Below are positions 12,042-25,260 of a stretch of DNA of 64,000 nucleotides, piece after piece. Position numbers and translations under genes: made by a program. Source of the stretch: Trichinella spiralis (Eukaryota); the NCBI RefSeq assembly GCF_000181795.1, contig NW_003526945.1, positions 1,230,990 through 1,294,989 on the forward strand, given 5' to 3'. Numbering within the stretch: the first letter of the stretch is position 1; every line of letters begins with the position of its first letter. The notes under the pieces were generated by a model. It was not told where the DNA came from. It was given only the letters and a program-made list of their open reading frames with translations, and made no database searches.

Positions 12042-15000
12042 ATGCGCAAAAATCTAATATGGTTTTTTTCAACTCATCGTCAGAAAGGAATTTATGCGCG
12101 CACACTTTTGCTTCCACGTAGCGACTTTCCAGTTCATATGAACCATGAAGAAAGGGTAAAAATGGATGAACAGATTTCAACTGCTTGTAATGTGGATGAT
12201 TTGTACAAGTGGCAGTGGAACCAAAATAAGCCGACGTTTGTACTTCACGACGGTCCGCCTTATGCAAATGGCGATGTACATTTAGGCCACGCTGTCAATA
12301 AAATACTGAAAGATATTTTCGCACGTTATAAAGCAATGAGCGGCTTCAGGGTCCACTTTCGACCAGGCTGGGACTGTCACGGCCTTCCAGTTGAATTACT
12401 TGCAATTAAATCAATGGATGAAAGTAAGCACTTGTTAACGAGTTGTTTTTGTTTATTTCTTTTTGTAATATAAATTGCAATACTGAGCGATTTTCAATAG
12501 AGTTACTTTTTGTTAAACTCCTCATTGTACATTTGTTATCTGACAATGCACGTTAATATTTCATGAACAATTTTACGATCAATTGAAATTGAAATATTTT
12601 TAAGATTCACGACGTGATCCAACATTGGTGCGTAAGCGTGCTAAAGAGTTCGCGCTGAAAGCGGTACAAAGTCAGATGGACTCGTTCAAAAAATGGGCCA
12701 TCATGGCTGACTGGAAAAATCCATATTTAACTTTGGACAAAGAATACGAAGGGAAAGAGTTGGAAATTTTCAAAATTTTACACCAACATGGCTTGGTATA
12801 CCGCGCCTACAGTCCGGTATATTGGTCGCCGAGTTCTCGAACTGCTCTGGCTGAATCGGAGCTTGAATATGTTACAAATCACTGCACTGAGGCGGTTTAT
12901 TTCAAATATTCGGTTGTCAATTTTCCGAAGAAAATCTTAGCTCTCCAACCGACAGACCGCATTTGGGCACTGGTATGGACGACAATGCCGTGGACGTTGG
13001 CGTTCAACAATGCCATATGTTTCGGCAAAAAGCTTGTCTACATTTTGGCCAAAATCAAATCTGAATATTACATATTCGCCATGGATGCGATTGATCGCCT
13101 TCGCAATCTGCTCAAATTGGAAATTGAAGTGAAATCCACATTTCAGGTCAGTTTATAATTTGTTTTTCGTTCTTTTTCAAGTAAAGTGTATGTATTTTTT
13201 ATTCCTTTAAGGGATCATTTCTGTCCGGTTTGTATTATGCCTGTCCAATGCAACCAGACCACGCGTTGCCATTTTACAGTGCAGAGCATGTTACCTCTGC
13301 CAAGGGTACCGGCTTGGTTCATACGTCGTTTGCTCACGGTTTTGAGGATTTTGCCGTCGCAGTGGAACACGGAGAAGAAGTGAAGTGTTTTGTCGATGAG
13401 GATGGTCGATACAGGCGCGAACTTGGTCCCGATTTGGGCGGCTTGCAGGTCCAAACTGAGGGTCAGGCGGCTGTGCTTGAAAAATTTAAAAAATACATCC
13501 TCGCCAAAGAGAATGTCACACAGTCGTATCCGTACGATTGGCGTACCAAACAGCCGGTCATTGTGCGCTCAAGCAAGCAGTGGTTCATTGATACGGAACA
13601 GTTGAAAAAGGCTGCGTTGGATCAGTTGAACGATGTCAACTTTTATCCGGCAAATTTTGCCCAAAGTTTCAAAGAGGTACTGGCACGTCGACCAGCTTGG
13701 TGCATATCGCGTCAACGGGTTTGGGGCGTGCCTGTACCGATTTTCTACGACCCAGAGACGAACGAGCCGATCGAGTCGAATTCCCTTTTGGAAAATACGG
13801 TCCGTTTAATTCAACAACACGGCAGCGACATTTGGTGGCACAATCAGGCAGGGGATTTTGCCGTCGACGACACCACGAGGAAGCTGTGTAAAAGTGACGA
13901 AATATTGGATATCTGGTTTGACAGCGGTGTATCCTGGGCGGCGGCTTTGGACGAGCAGCGGAAAAGCAGTGCCGATTTGATTGTCGAAGGTATGGATCAG
14001 TTGAGGGGTTGGTTCCAGAGTTTGTTGTTGACCTCGGTGGCGGTGGAACAACGTTCCCCATACAAGAACGTGCTGTTGCACGGATTTGTGCTCGACGAGC
14101 AGGGTCACAAGATGTCGAAATCGGTTGGAAATGTGATCACACCGGATGCGGTGATTTCAGGGCAAGGTGAAATCGGTTCGAAACAGCTACCGGCGGTGGG
14201 TGTGGATGGATTGCGTTTGTGGGTTGCCCAGTGTGCGGCCGACAGGACCCACATCCCTGTTGGTCCCCAGTCGTTGCTCACCGTCAAGCAGACGCTCGGC
14301 CAGCTGAGAAGCACGCTATGCTTTCTTTTGGGAGTGCTGAACGACTTTGACTGTTCCAACGATTCGGTGGAATACGACCGTCTGCTTGTCGTTGACAAAT
14401 ACATGTTGCATGTGTTGGCTGAATTTCAGAACAGCATGAAAAGCGCATATGAATCGTTCAGCGCTTTGGAAGCTGTGACAAGGGCAGTTCAATTTTCCAA
14501 TGGGTCGGTTTCGAAATTTTACTGCACTACGGTGAAAGATCGACTCTACTGCGAGCGTGCAGAATCGTTGAAGCGGCGTTCAGCGCAGACAGTTCTGCAC
14601 GAAGTGCAAACCGCTTTCACTTCAGCCATTGCACCGCTTTTACCCTATCTGGCGGAAGAGGTTCATTTTTATCGAAATAGAAAACTCGGATCTTTTGTAT
14701 TTCAAAAAGGCTGGTACGATTGTCCACAACAGTGGACCGACACGACACTGTCTGACCGCATGGATCCGCTGCTTAAAGCCAGGGGACGTTTTTTGGCCGA
14801 CTACGGTAAGCAGAATACTTACAAATTTTCAATTTGCATAAACGACGTCAGTCTGAAAGAGAATATTGCATTGCTGTGGTCGAATTCCGCTGACGCTGTA
14901 GTTGAATTAGCCGATTTGTTTCGCGTTGGTCAGCTGCAAATCGGCTACAACACCAATGACAATGAATTCGACGTGGCAAGTATACAACATCCACTGTGCA

Positions 15001-15080
15001 GCCGATGCCGACGTTACATTTGTCAACGTGAGCGAGATCTCTGTCAGCGTTGTAGAAGCTTATTGAATGGAACTGCTTGA
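12042..15080 (+). CDS. IARS2: Isoleucyl-tRNA synthetase, mitochondrial/bacterial type, 3 exons; start could be 12012 or 12042
   Basis: LHDGPPYANGDVHLGHAVNKILKD (HIGH), PGWDCHGLP, WTTMPWT and GTGLVH (editing domain), WCISRQRVWGVP, DIWFDSG, DQLRGWF, KMSKS, C-terminal Zn finger CSRC..CQRC. GT-AG introns about 12424-12604 and 13147-13210. Confidence 0.96.
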
Positions 15081-16010
15081 GCGAAAGATGATATACTATT
15101 CAATAAAATTGCATTCGTGCATGCACATGTACTGACTCCATCCAACCTATCGTGTGACGCGTACAAAAATACAAATTAATTTATAAAACAGAATCAAAAT
15201 ATTTGTAAACACCTAAACAGTAGATACAATATAAAACTTTATCGCACTAAAGTACTCTCTTGATACTTAAAAATTATTATACAGTATCATGAAAACTAAG
15301 TTTAAACACAAAAATGAAAAACAAAACAAATTTGTTTATGCATTGCATTTATCGAGAATTGATTGATAAAGTGCAGTCAACTTTATTTTAAAACATTTTA
15401 TACTTTTTTATTGATTATTTTTGCGACCATTGGCATTTGTGTCCATCTTCTTGCATGACTCTCTACTGCATAGGTGCTGTGAGTTATTAAAAGTTCAAAA
15501 AAAACTATTTTCGTAGAAAAATCAGATCACAAAAAGTATTCAAACCTTCTCATTCACTAGTGTATTTCTTATTGTGCGGTGAAAGCAAATGGAATCTAAG
15601 AGCAAAACAAAATTTTGAAAAATTGAAAAGCAAAAAACAATTCATACTTGGTTGATTTTTTATCATTTTTCATGTTCAACTAATTTCATCATTGAAAGCT
15701 AAAAGAAAAAGTCCTGTAAAAGCTATATTGAATTAAATTAAATGCACTGAACATAGCACAGTTGAAAACATTGAAAACTTTTTAGATACGGTGAAGTTCT
15801 TTTCACTAATTGATCAAATAATGAAAATACAAAATATTAATAGCAGTTATTGCACAAAAAGAATGTTTTAATAATATTTTTCTACTAAAACTATTTAAAA
15901 TGCAAATGACATTTTATTTACAAAAACCTTGCCTGAATTATCATGATTGCTACAGTATCTTTATATATTGAGAAAATTTATTTTCAATGCCGTGTTCGGT
16001 GTAGAGGGTA

Positions 16011-16939
16011 ATGAATAGGCCTGAAGGACGTGAAAGCCACAGGTTTGTAATGAGCTGTTTGTTCGCTTGTTATCAGTCAGTGGTTGAATTGTTGTATGCA
16101 GATCTGATTTTTACCAAGTGCCAGCGGCCTATTCAAATAGTGTAGGTGAAGAAAGACAGCCAGTTCAAGTCGGTTTCTTAAATTGTACATATAGACATTG
16201 CGATATATATTGGTTAAGTGATCAAGTAAGATTTTAAAAAGAAACAATAGGTGTTCTTTATCATAAATGTGTACATATGACAAATTTTTATACTGAGATG
16301 TTGTATAGTTAATATTTTATTAATTATCTGTATATTTTATGAAATGTATTTCGTTACTTTTTTGAATTGAACATTACAGAATAATCCAGTGTTGTACTGC
16401 ACTATTCCCCCACGTGGTTTTGTCAATGTACGTAGCTATGCATTTCACAAGTGGATATTTCGAGATCATGGCACCTTCGAAAGACTTCGATGCCAATACT
16501 ACACTCATACACCACGTTTCGTCCCTCCATTTGTATTCATATTACATCCAGGTAAGGATCAAAATTATTATTTTTTTTCAAAATTCGTTAGTATAAATTG
16601 GAAATCAGCAAATTAAAAATGTTACAGTAAATATTCAAATTTTACATGAGAAAATTAGTGAAGTGATATTACAAGATACAAAATCGTACAGTTTAATTTG
16701 AACTATTTCTATGCCTACGATTAGTTCTATTATTGTTCAAATGAATTTCTTTTTCAGATCTTTCGTTGTTGAGAAGATGCGTTGAAGTAGTTGTTGATCA
16801 AATTAATGCGGGTCGTATCCAACGTGATGATATTCCTGGTCAGTATCTCAAATTGATCGAAAAAACTACATCTCGTAAAATATTTTTCCAATCTGACGTT
16901 GACAATACAACCGTAAAACTGGAAAAGCTTGAACACTGA
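16011..16939 (+). CDS. vhl-1: von Hippel-Lindau protein homolog; exons 16011-16042, 16102-16225, 16380-16551, 16758-16939
   Basis: Phase-compatible GT-AG introns give MNRPEGRESHRSDFYQVPAAYSNSVGEERQPVQVGFLNCTYRHCDIYWLSDQNNPVLYCTIPPRGFVNVRSYAFHKWIFRDHGTFERL...PDLSLLRRCVEVVVDQ...KLEH*. This matches the VHL beta domain (YPTLPP..HSYRGHLWLFRD) and BC box (TLKERCLQVV). Confidence 0.9.
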
Positions 16940-18476
16940 ATTATTTTTACCCACATTTCTTTTTTAAAAATTTCCAAGCTTTTTCATTGACAAACGAAAT
17001 ATTTGAATTCAATGAGCAAAATTTCCGTTTTATCTTGACTTGTCATCACACCAAGGTGAAATTTTCATTGGGCTTCTAATGAACGCTCTTAACACTGTGA
17101 TTCGCTATCTTAAGCGAATGTTTTGTTTAAATTTAACTGCACATTGTTGCACTTGTTATTATGAATACTTTGCCATGTACATGTACCTCATTAAAATATT
17201 CACTGACATTGGAAAGTAATAGTTGATATGCGACTAGGAAGAGTGGACTTTACATTTTTTTTTGTGAAATTCATTCACTAATTGTACAATTTTTGAAACA
17301 TTTAAAATTCTGACAGCAAAAATATTAATTAATATTATTGAAAGGAAAGAAACTGTCTATGTGGAGTTCTTTAATCATTCTATAAATTGCAATTGCAAAC
17401 TCAACAACTGCCATCTACTGGATAGTAGCAAGTGAATAATTTGAATTAAAATGCAGTAGTTTAACACTTTGGGTCAACATTTTATGCGCTAACATTTTTC
17501 AAATTCAGATATTTGTCCTTTATGATGAGATGAATAATCATCAGTGACAAACTCATCAAATGTCAAATCAATCAAAATTAAATGACAATTTTCAATAATA
17601 AAAACAGTAATAGTAAAACAGCCAAGTATCTGCTTTGTAATCTCATTCAGTCTTTCACGCTTAAAAATCTATTAATCACTGCTCTGTAATGAAAATTTAC
17701 CAGTCGAAAAACGGAACAAAAACAAACAAACATAAAACTTCGCACTGTAGAACTATTTGTACATATGAAACTCAAGTTCAACGAATGAGCTAAGATTGAG
17801 TACCTTTCGATTGCTCAAAATTCAATGGACATTATTTTGTATTCTTCTTCATCATCATAATATTTTCCAAAGCTGGATATTGGAATGAGACGAAAAATCA
17901 CAAATGGAATAGTCAAGCAAAGACTGCAAAGCATGATGTTTCGTTTCGTGTATGATAGGAGCCTTATACATACAAAAAAATACAATTCTAACTAAAAGAA
18001 TTCAAAATACAACTTAAAAAAGATTGAGTCGAATATTTTCCCGCATACAATCAATTACAACAAATAACAACACAATCGTAATTGTAAAACAGTTAGAAGA
18101 TAAACATGATTCTCATCAGACCACAACATCCAGCAAAATTGCTGTAACAGATAGAGCTTTATGAATAAAAAGTAAAATCAATACAACTCGTTAATTAATA
18201 TAATATAGAACAGTTCAAATATTCTTGAATCTATCCAAAAGCTAATAAATACGTGTTCAAGACACTCAGTAGTCGATTTTGAACATGAAAACGTTTACTT
18301 GTAAAATAAATTATTGTAAAAGTAATTTGCATAAAAGAAAAAACACAAAATATTTAATTTTTATAATAAAAATATGTCCTGAATGCAGATCGCGAAAAAT
18401 GTTATAAGGAATTTTTATTTCATTTCTACTGGCAGGTAGAATGGTTGATTGCTCTCCATCTACTGCTGCCTGATCT

Positions 18477-18597
18477 AGCAAAATCAGCACGCCTAGAAAC
18501 GTTATACATACATAACGATTGCGCACACGCACGCCTACATGCGTGAAGTGTTGCATGCCTGAAGGGGCTGAAAACAGCAAAATCAGCACGCCTAGAA
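18477..18597. repeat. Pair of identical 22-bp direct repeats AGCAAAATCAGCACGCCTAGAA
   Basis: Copies at 18477-18498 and 18576-18597, with partial copies (gcacgcctaca, gcatgcctgaa) between them. Confidence 0.9.
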
Positions 18598-20802
18598 GGC
18601 AGTCTGCTGTCCAATGACTCTGCAGTCATGGCAGTGGCAACAACAGCAGATTTTACAATGGCGTAAAAACGTTTGTTATATAATTGCGCTGCAACTGAGC
18701 ATTAAAGCTAAAAATGTAAAAGCCAGACAACTGCTCAATGAATAATGTAGGAGTTTAATGACCAAAATTATAATACAATTGCAGTCGATATTACTGGTGA
18801 AACTGAAAGCATAAATTCAAGTTCGGCAAGATTAAAATAAACAAGAAAGTGGTGGTCAGCATCTTCATGCTTACAATCATTCCCAGAGAAAGGTAGAAAG
18901 AATATTACAAGTTGAAAAAAAATAGCTGCATATATGATTTTGGCCACTAGATCCCACAACGTACATTAGCGCAACGATATGAATTTTTATTACTAGATAG
19001 TAGAAATGACAAAATGCCCATTTTCAGACGTGAGAATCATTGGGTTAATTTGCTGATGTTCATTGTTTAACAAATGTCAAACCAATTTAAAGATAATTGA
19101 TTGCATTTGTGGGAAATTAAATAAACACAAAACTCAAGCTTTCACAAAGCAATGCAGGGAAAATCCAATTCGTATGCAAATTTTCATAATTTCACTGATA
19201 TCTGAATTGCTTTCGTGTAACTTATCAGAAAATGAATTTACGTGCAAATCGAAAAGTCATGTTTCATAATTAATATATGCTCTTGTTTATGAATCTTATT
19301 TGAAATATTAGAATAGAAAAACAATAATAGTAATAATAAATACGTGGCAAAAAATAATTAAACAATAGCTACGGTTTGAAAAATGCAACAAACATTCAGA
19401 TGGAAAAATTTAACCAATGGAAATTTCGAAAATTCAAAAATGACCTACATAAAGGGAAGTCATCAATAAAAAAATGCGCGCGAAAATAAGAGCACTCAGG
19501 CAACGCGCGTTGACAAAAGTAAAATTCAAATTCACCCAGACAGAAGAGAGAATGAAACGAACTTGAAATTTTATATTCAAATGAAGTTGAAAATGGCTGC
19601 TGAATGTTGAACAATTAAAACCCGCTTCGATCAGTTCAAAACAAGCAAACGTCCAAGATGTGGATAAGATAATTTTGATACGACGCTAATTTGCATAATA
19701 CGGACACGAACTAACGCACCTAGTTTAGCTGAACTAACCTCAAACGTAGCAATTGAATTGGTTGATTTTTACGAAATATGTTCAAATTTGCAAAAGCATA
19801 TATTTATTATTGAAAATTAATTCTGAAGAGAAAAAATTGAAATATTCATTACCTTTGAGATTCGCTTTATTTTTTTGATAGTTCTCTTTTATTAGAAGTT
19901 ATTATTGGAAGTGACGATTTGAAATGAAAAAATTCATTAAAATGATGTAAATAAATAAGTGAAGAAATGTCCTGTTGAATACTCGCAACCAGTTCAACTT
20001 GCCTCAATATGGCCAGCGAGTGCAACTTCTCTCTACTCTTTCTTCTTTTGATTGGTCCATTAATTTTTGTAACATTATTATTTTATAATTAAGTATTGAC
20101 TGTAAATGTTCATCATAATTACATTGATGAACGCTGTAAATTTATTTCTATGCAAATCAGATTCTTTTTGTTGAAAAAATAAAACAGATTAAAATTTATA
20201 ATATTATGCGTTCACTGGTTGAAAATTTCCGTTTCGTTTTCGAAAGATTCATTTTTTACTAATATTCGGGTTGTTTTTAAAAAATGCTGACAGAACATGA
20301 CACCATCTAGATGTATTTTTTTTCTTCAAATTATCACAATGTTCTTGATCATTATCATCATCATCATCATTTTTGGCACCACCGTATTTGTTTGAACTTT
20401 ATTGAATACAGTAAAACAATGAGTATTCTCGTATATTCATTCCTTTCTGCTTTTCGAAAAAAATTCATAGAACAACTTCAGTTCACACATGCACGCCTAG
20501 ATGTGCGCATATAAAGCACACAAAACAAGTATTCATTAGCTGAGACTGCCGTAATGGGAAAGATTACTAAAATAAAATACTGCCAAATTTGATATGAATA
20601 TTCACTTTTAAAAAAAATATAATAAATAATTCTGGCCAAAAATACAGATAGGTGAATAAATATATAATTGAATGAATTAATGAATGTGTGTGTGTCTGTG
20701 TGTGTAAATATTTTTTTTTCATGTTGATGTAAATGTAAAGCTCATGGCATTGCTTGAAAATTATGACATATGAAACTCTGAAAAATAAAATCGTAAAACG
20801 TA

Positions 20803-23800
20803 TCAATCGTTTTCTTCAGCCAAATTTTCCAAAATTGTGTCCAAATCAACTTTTGTCACTTGATCGTCATCTTTTTTGTGAAGTGGTTTACGAAGATCAA
20901 AACAGTCAAGAACGGGTATCAAGAAAGAAACCAATCCGGCAAGTGCAATAAGCAGGCCAGCGAATACAAACGATGCTGTATAATTTCCCGTAGCGTCAAG
21001 CATTGCACCTGAAGCATGCAGTGAAAAGAATTTTCCAATTTATGCAAATATTCAAGTACAAGCATTCGAATAAAGCAAAACAAATATAACCTGCTAGTGG
21101 AGATCCAATGAGAGTGGCGAATCCGCGGAACATCATCATCAGCCCGTACGAGTTGGTTAAATTATCCAATCCAAGTTCGTCAACAAGTGCGATTGAAGTC
21201 AAAGTCACAAATCCACCTGGAGAAAAAATATATATATATATGTTTAAACAAATTACTGATTTGAAGAGAAATTTTCACTTACAAATTATAAGTCCGAACA
21301 ACAAGGCGTAGATCAGCATCAGTGAAAATGAGGTCATGAATGGATAAAGAATAGTCAATAGACCGCAAATGATCAACGACACGTTGCAAATGGTCAATGC
21401 TTTTGGAGCCCAACTTCGATCCGACATCCAGCCGACGATCACTCGGCCAGCAACGTTTGTAAATCCAATTGATGACAAAATGTAACCAGCTCTGGTCTTG
21501 TCAATTCCATGATATTCGGCAAAAGAAGCAGTATAAACAAAGGGAACGTAGAAGCCGACTAATGCGAAAAAATTAGAAGCGGCTAATATTAGCATCACGG
21601 GATTGCGCAACAGCGAAAAATCGAACATATCGCCCAGCACTGTACGAATTTGTTGAGGTAACAATTTCAAAAACTTGAACCGCACATGTTCCACATAAAC
21701 AGGATAACCGTCCGTTGTTTCCACAGCGTCAAGCAGACGCGGTACGGATATTATTCCGCTGCGGTAAAGTTCTAAATTTTCTTGGGACTGTTGATACAGG
21801 GGAAGGCGTAAAATCGACCCGTGGTACAAAATATCCTGCCTTGAAAATGGTCTGTTGAATTCTTTCGGATCGACGGTCGACAAGCAACTTCTCAACGCCT
21901 CGGCCGCAGAACGCTTGTTCACCGACGACACTGAACCAAGTTGGCTAACACTTTTCACGTAGTCGCGCACGCTGAGACGAACCATCGATTGACTAGCCAC
22001 GCGCGACAATGTCCCTTGTGATTGATAGAGCAACGGTCGAATCCCATCGCCCCCAGCAGCCACCAATTTGGACCCTTCTTTCTGAACAACACCGTCCGTT
22101 TGGCCATGCAATTGTTCGCCTTCAACTAAAATTAAAAAAAAGTAAATAAATAAACAATCCACTTGAAAACAAACAAACAAAAATTACATTTGTTATTCCA
22201 CAATCGTTGGCTTTGCAGTATGGCCGTTTCTTCGTCGGAAGCGTAACGCGGTGCTGGCAATGGACGCATCAAGCTACCAAACACAGCACACTGCAACATC
22301 AGACCAGCCAAAATTAGCATACCGCCACGCCAAGCGTACGTATCGATGATCTGAATGTACAACGGCGGCATCACTACCGCACCCAAACCTGAGCCGGCCA
22401 TTGCAATACCAGTAGCTATGGCACGTCTCTTTTCAAAGTAATAGCCAACATAAACAACCGATGGAATATACGCCAAACCACAACCAATTCCGCCAATGAA
22501 ACCATACGTGATCATCAGAAACACTACCGAAGTTGCAAATGCCGACATCACGTACGCCAAGCACATGATCACTGAACCGGTGATTATGACTGCACGAGCT
22601 CCAAAACGATTCATCAAACCACCAGCAAACGGTCCTGAAATTCCAAACAATAAAAATACAAACTTATCCAAATTCACAATTTACATATATTACTCAATTT
22701 TTGGTCATTTTGTTATTAATTTTATCTTTTCTTCGCAAAAATTTTCATACTCCACTTCAAACACAACACAAAACATGATATGCAATTCTACTGATTTTCC
22801 GATCGATCCCTTAAAACTCCACTCCAATAAATATATTGCATTGCATTTGTTGAAAATTTGTAAATCATGCAAAAGATAAAATTACACGCTAGAATCCTAT
22901 GTATGCATGCTTGAATATTGGATGTTGAAGCTTGAAAAGGGAAAAAAAGTTCTTATTCCGTAAATTGGACTCAATTTATCAATAAAAATGAACCAAATTG
23001 ATGAATTTATTAAAAATGACAAGTGATACACTTTTTCTCGAACAAATTCACACAACATCAGCTGTTCAACATTGAACTCAGTGCCTTTCAGTTGTTATCA
23101 AGCATTTCGTATGATCAATCAATTGGACAAGGAGCCGCGCCTTTTTCCAACTTCCGCACGTCATTATTTAGAACATTCAAATCATATCACATGTTCAAAA
23201 AGTAATGAATTTAGTACACAATTTACAAAACTGACATTGAAAAATATTACAAATATCAATTACTACGAAATGGGCAAGGCCATCGATGAAAAAGAAGTTG
23301 AAAGATAATTTAAAAAAATAAAAATATTATTCATACTCTTCCAATGAATAATAATAATGAATAAATAACCCCGCCCACATACAAGGAAACGTATTTGATT
23401 CATTTTTCAACTAGCTACCAGTATGAACAACAATCTTGAAACTACATCAATTTAAGAACCGCATCGAATAAAACGATAAACTTCCTAAACATCTTGTAAT
23501 CACTCAAATTCAATAAAACAAGTCAACTTGTAAAAAAATAAAAGGAATTCTAATTCGCAACAAGATTCGTAGATTATTTTACATATTTAAGAATACATTA
23601 TGTCTAAACAATTCTTCAAATGATTACAATTTACAGAATTGCCCTGAATTTAATCGTCCAACATTTCAAGCATGTCAACAATCATCAGTAAAGCACATCA
23701 CTTTTATAATATGCATACAAAGCACTACCTTTTAATCTTTTGCCATAAAAACATCAAAAATGCTATTTATATTTAAGTATTGGAAGTAATAATTTACACA

Positions 23801-25260
23801 CATATATATATATATACATTGTCATATTTTCATTCATAATCGGATAGATATTTTCGGATACAACTGCATTTCATAAAATGATGAATGCGCAAAATTTTAT
23901 GCTTATTTTTTTAAAGTCTACATTTGAAATTTGTTGCAAAACATATTTCCAACCCAGCACGTAGTTACTTACATTTGTCATTTTGAAAATAATCAAACCG
24001 ATCAAAATTCACGTTAATTTTCAGAATCTCACTTTGACAGTTTAGTATTGTTGCAAATCATCTTATTTTTAAGTAAAGTTGGAGAAAACGTTCAACAAAA
24101 GAAAAGCTGAAAAACAAAAATGCACAACGCATTGAAGAAACGATCTTATTCCAAAACTTCCATTCATTCATATTGATCAATAAGCATAACAGAAAAACTA
24201 ACCTCATTCAAAATATTATATACATGCAAACAAAAGCATGCAAAGAAAATGATGCAGCATTTCAATGATATCAGTTTCGTTCACACAAAAAGAAAAGAAT
24301 TATTTATTTTTGCTTTTTCAAAACTTTTTAAGACGAGAAACGTTACTTGAAAAAGAAACTCTTTATGAAAAGCTTTTTCACACTAAAAAAAACATTAAAC
24401 ACTAGCAGAAGGAAGAATTTTTCGCTGATCGTATATTTGAACGACAAAAAATAGAACAGTACTATTTTACGATGCACGCAATACACGGCAGATGATTAAG
24501 GAAGGCAATCGTCACTTAAAATCAATAAATAAAACGTTGTAAAAATTGACCACGCTTAAGAGAAATAACAACGCTGAGCAAATGAAAAAATTACCACACT
24601 AAACAACCAAAAGAGAAACCGTTCATTTACACAGAAGCCGATTTTGCTTGAAACAATAGAAAGTGACAATTGAAGATAGCTTCACTGTTTGCTGTTAAGC
24701 TTTGAATAAAGAACAGACAAGTAATAGCATTAAACAAACAGGAACTAGTCAGAAAATTGGTGTTCTAGGCGGCACTTATTTATGGCAACCAAAGAAAACA
24801 AGAAAAAAAATATTATATATAAAGTATATTATGGATTGAAAAAAAGAGCAATTTTAATAAATTGCCATCTTGATTTTCAGCTTTCGAAAATGCTGAGCAA
24901 AACAAATTGTAAAACTTTTACATACCAACTAACAAATATGTGCCAGACAACAAAGAGCCGACCCAGGCAACAGTCACTGTAGAACACTTGAAGTAGCTGT
25001 GCCATTCAGGGAAAAGGATTCCGAAAGCGAAAACAGAGCCGTCAGCAATGATGCTTATAAAAAAGCAAGAAAAAACTATCATCCAACCCCAACCGCCATC
25101 CGGTGGAACAGACACGAAGTCTTCAACTAAAACTAAAAACAAAAAGAGAATAAATAAATGTCATCTGTAAAAAACACAAATTTCTTTGTCTACCATCAAC
25201 ATCTCGGCTAATAGCTTTAGGTACGTTTTCACGATCGTCAGTGTCTTTCGATTTGCTCAT
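20803..25260 (-). CDS. Monocarboxylate transporter (SLC16/MCT family, MFS), multi-exon
   Basis: ATG 25260 (MSKSKDTDD); PPDGGWGWMIV (MCT TM1 signature), GPFAGGLMNRFGAR, YFEKRRAIATGIAMAGSG (MCT motif), WRGG, large central loop, GRVIVGWMSD, GSPLAG; stop at 20803. Confidence 0.95.

Noticed and set aside
13390..14841. Antisense and alternate-frame ORFs inside IleRS
   Set aside because: Expected shadows of a GC-rich long exon; no motifs.
15080..16011. IleRS-VHL operon
   Set aside because: Same strand but about 930 bp apart; sequence alone cannot show polycistronic transcription.
18477..18597. CRISPR-like repeat-spacer-repeat
   Set aside because: Only two repeats, a 77-nt spacer made of related motifs, eukaryotic context, no cas genes.
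17795..18960. Possible minus-strand small membrane-protein gene
   Set aside because: Short hydrophobic frames and splice-like sites exist, but I could not join them into a consistent CDS or recognise homology.
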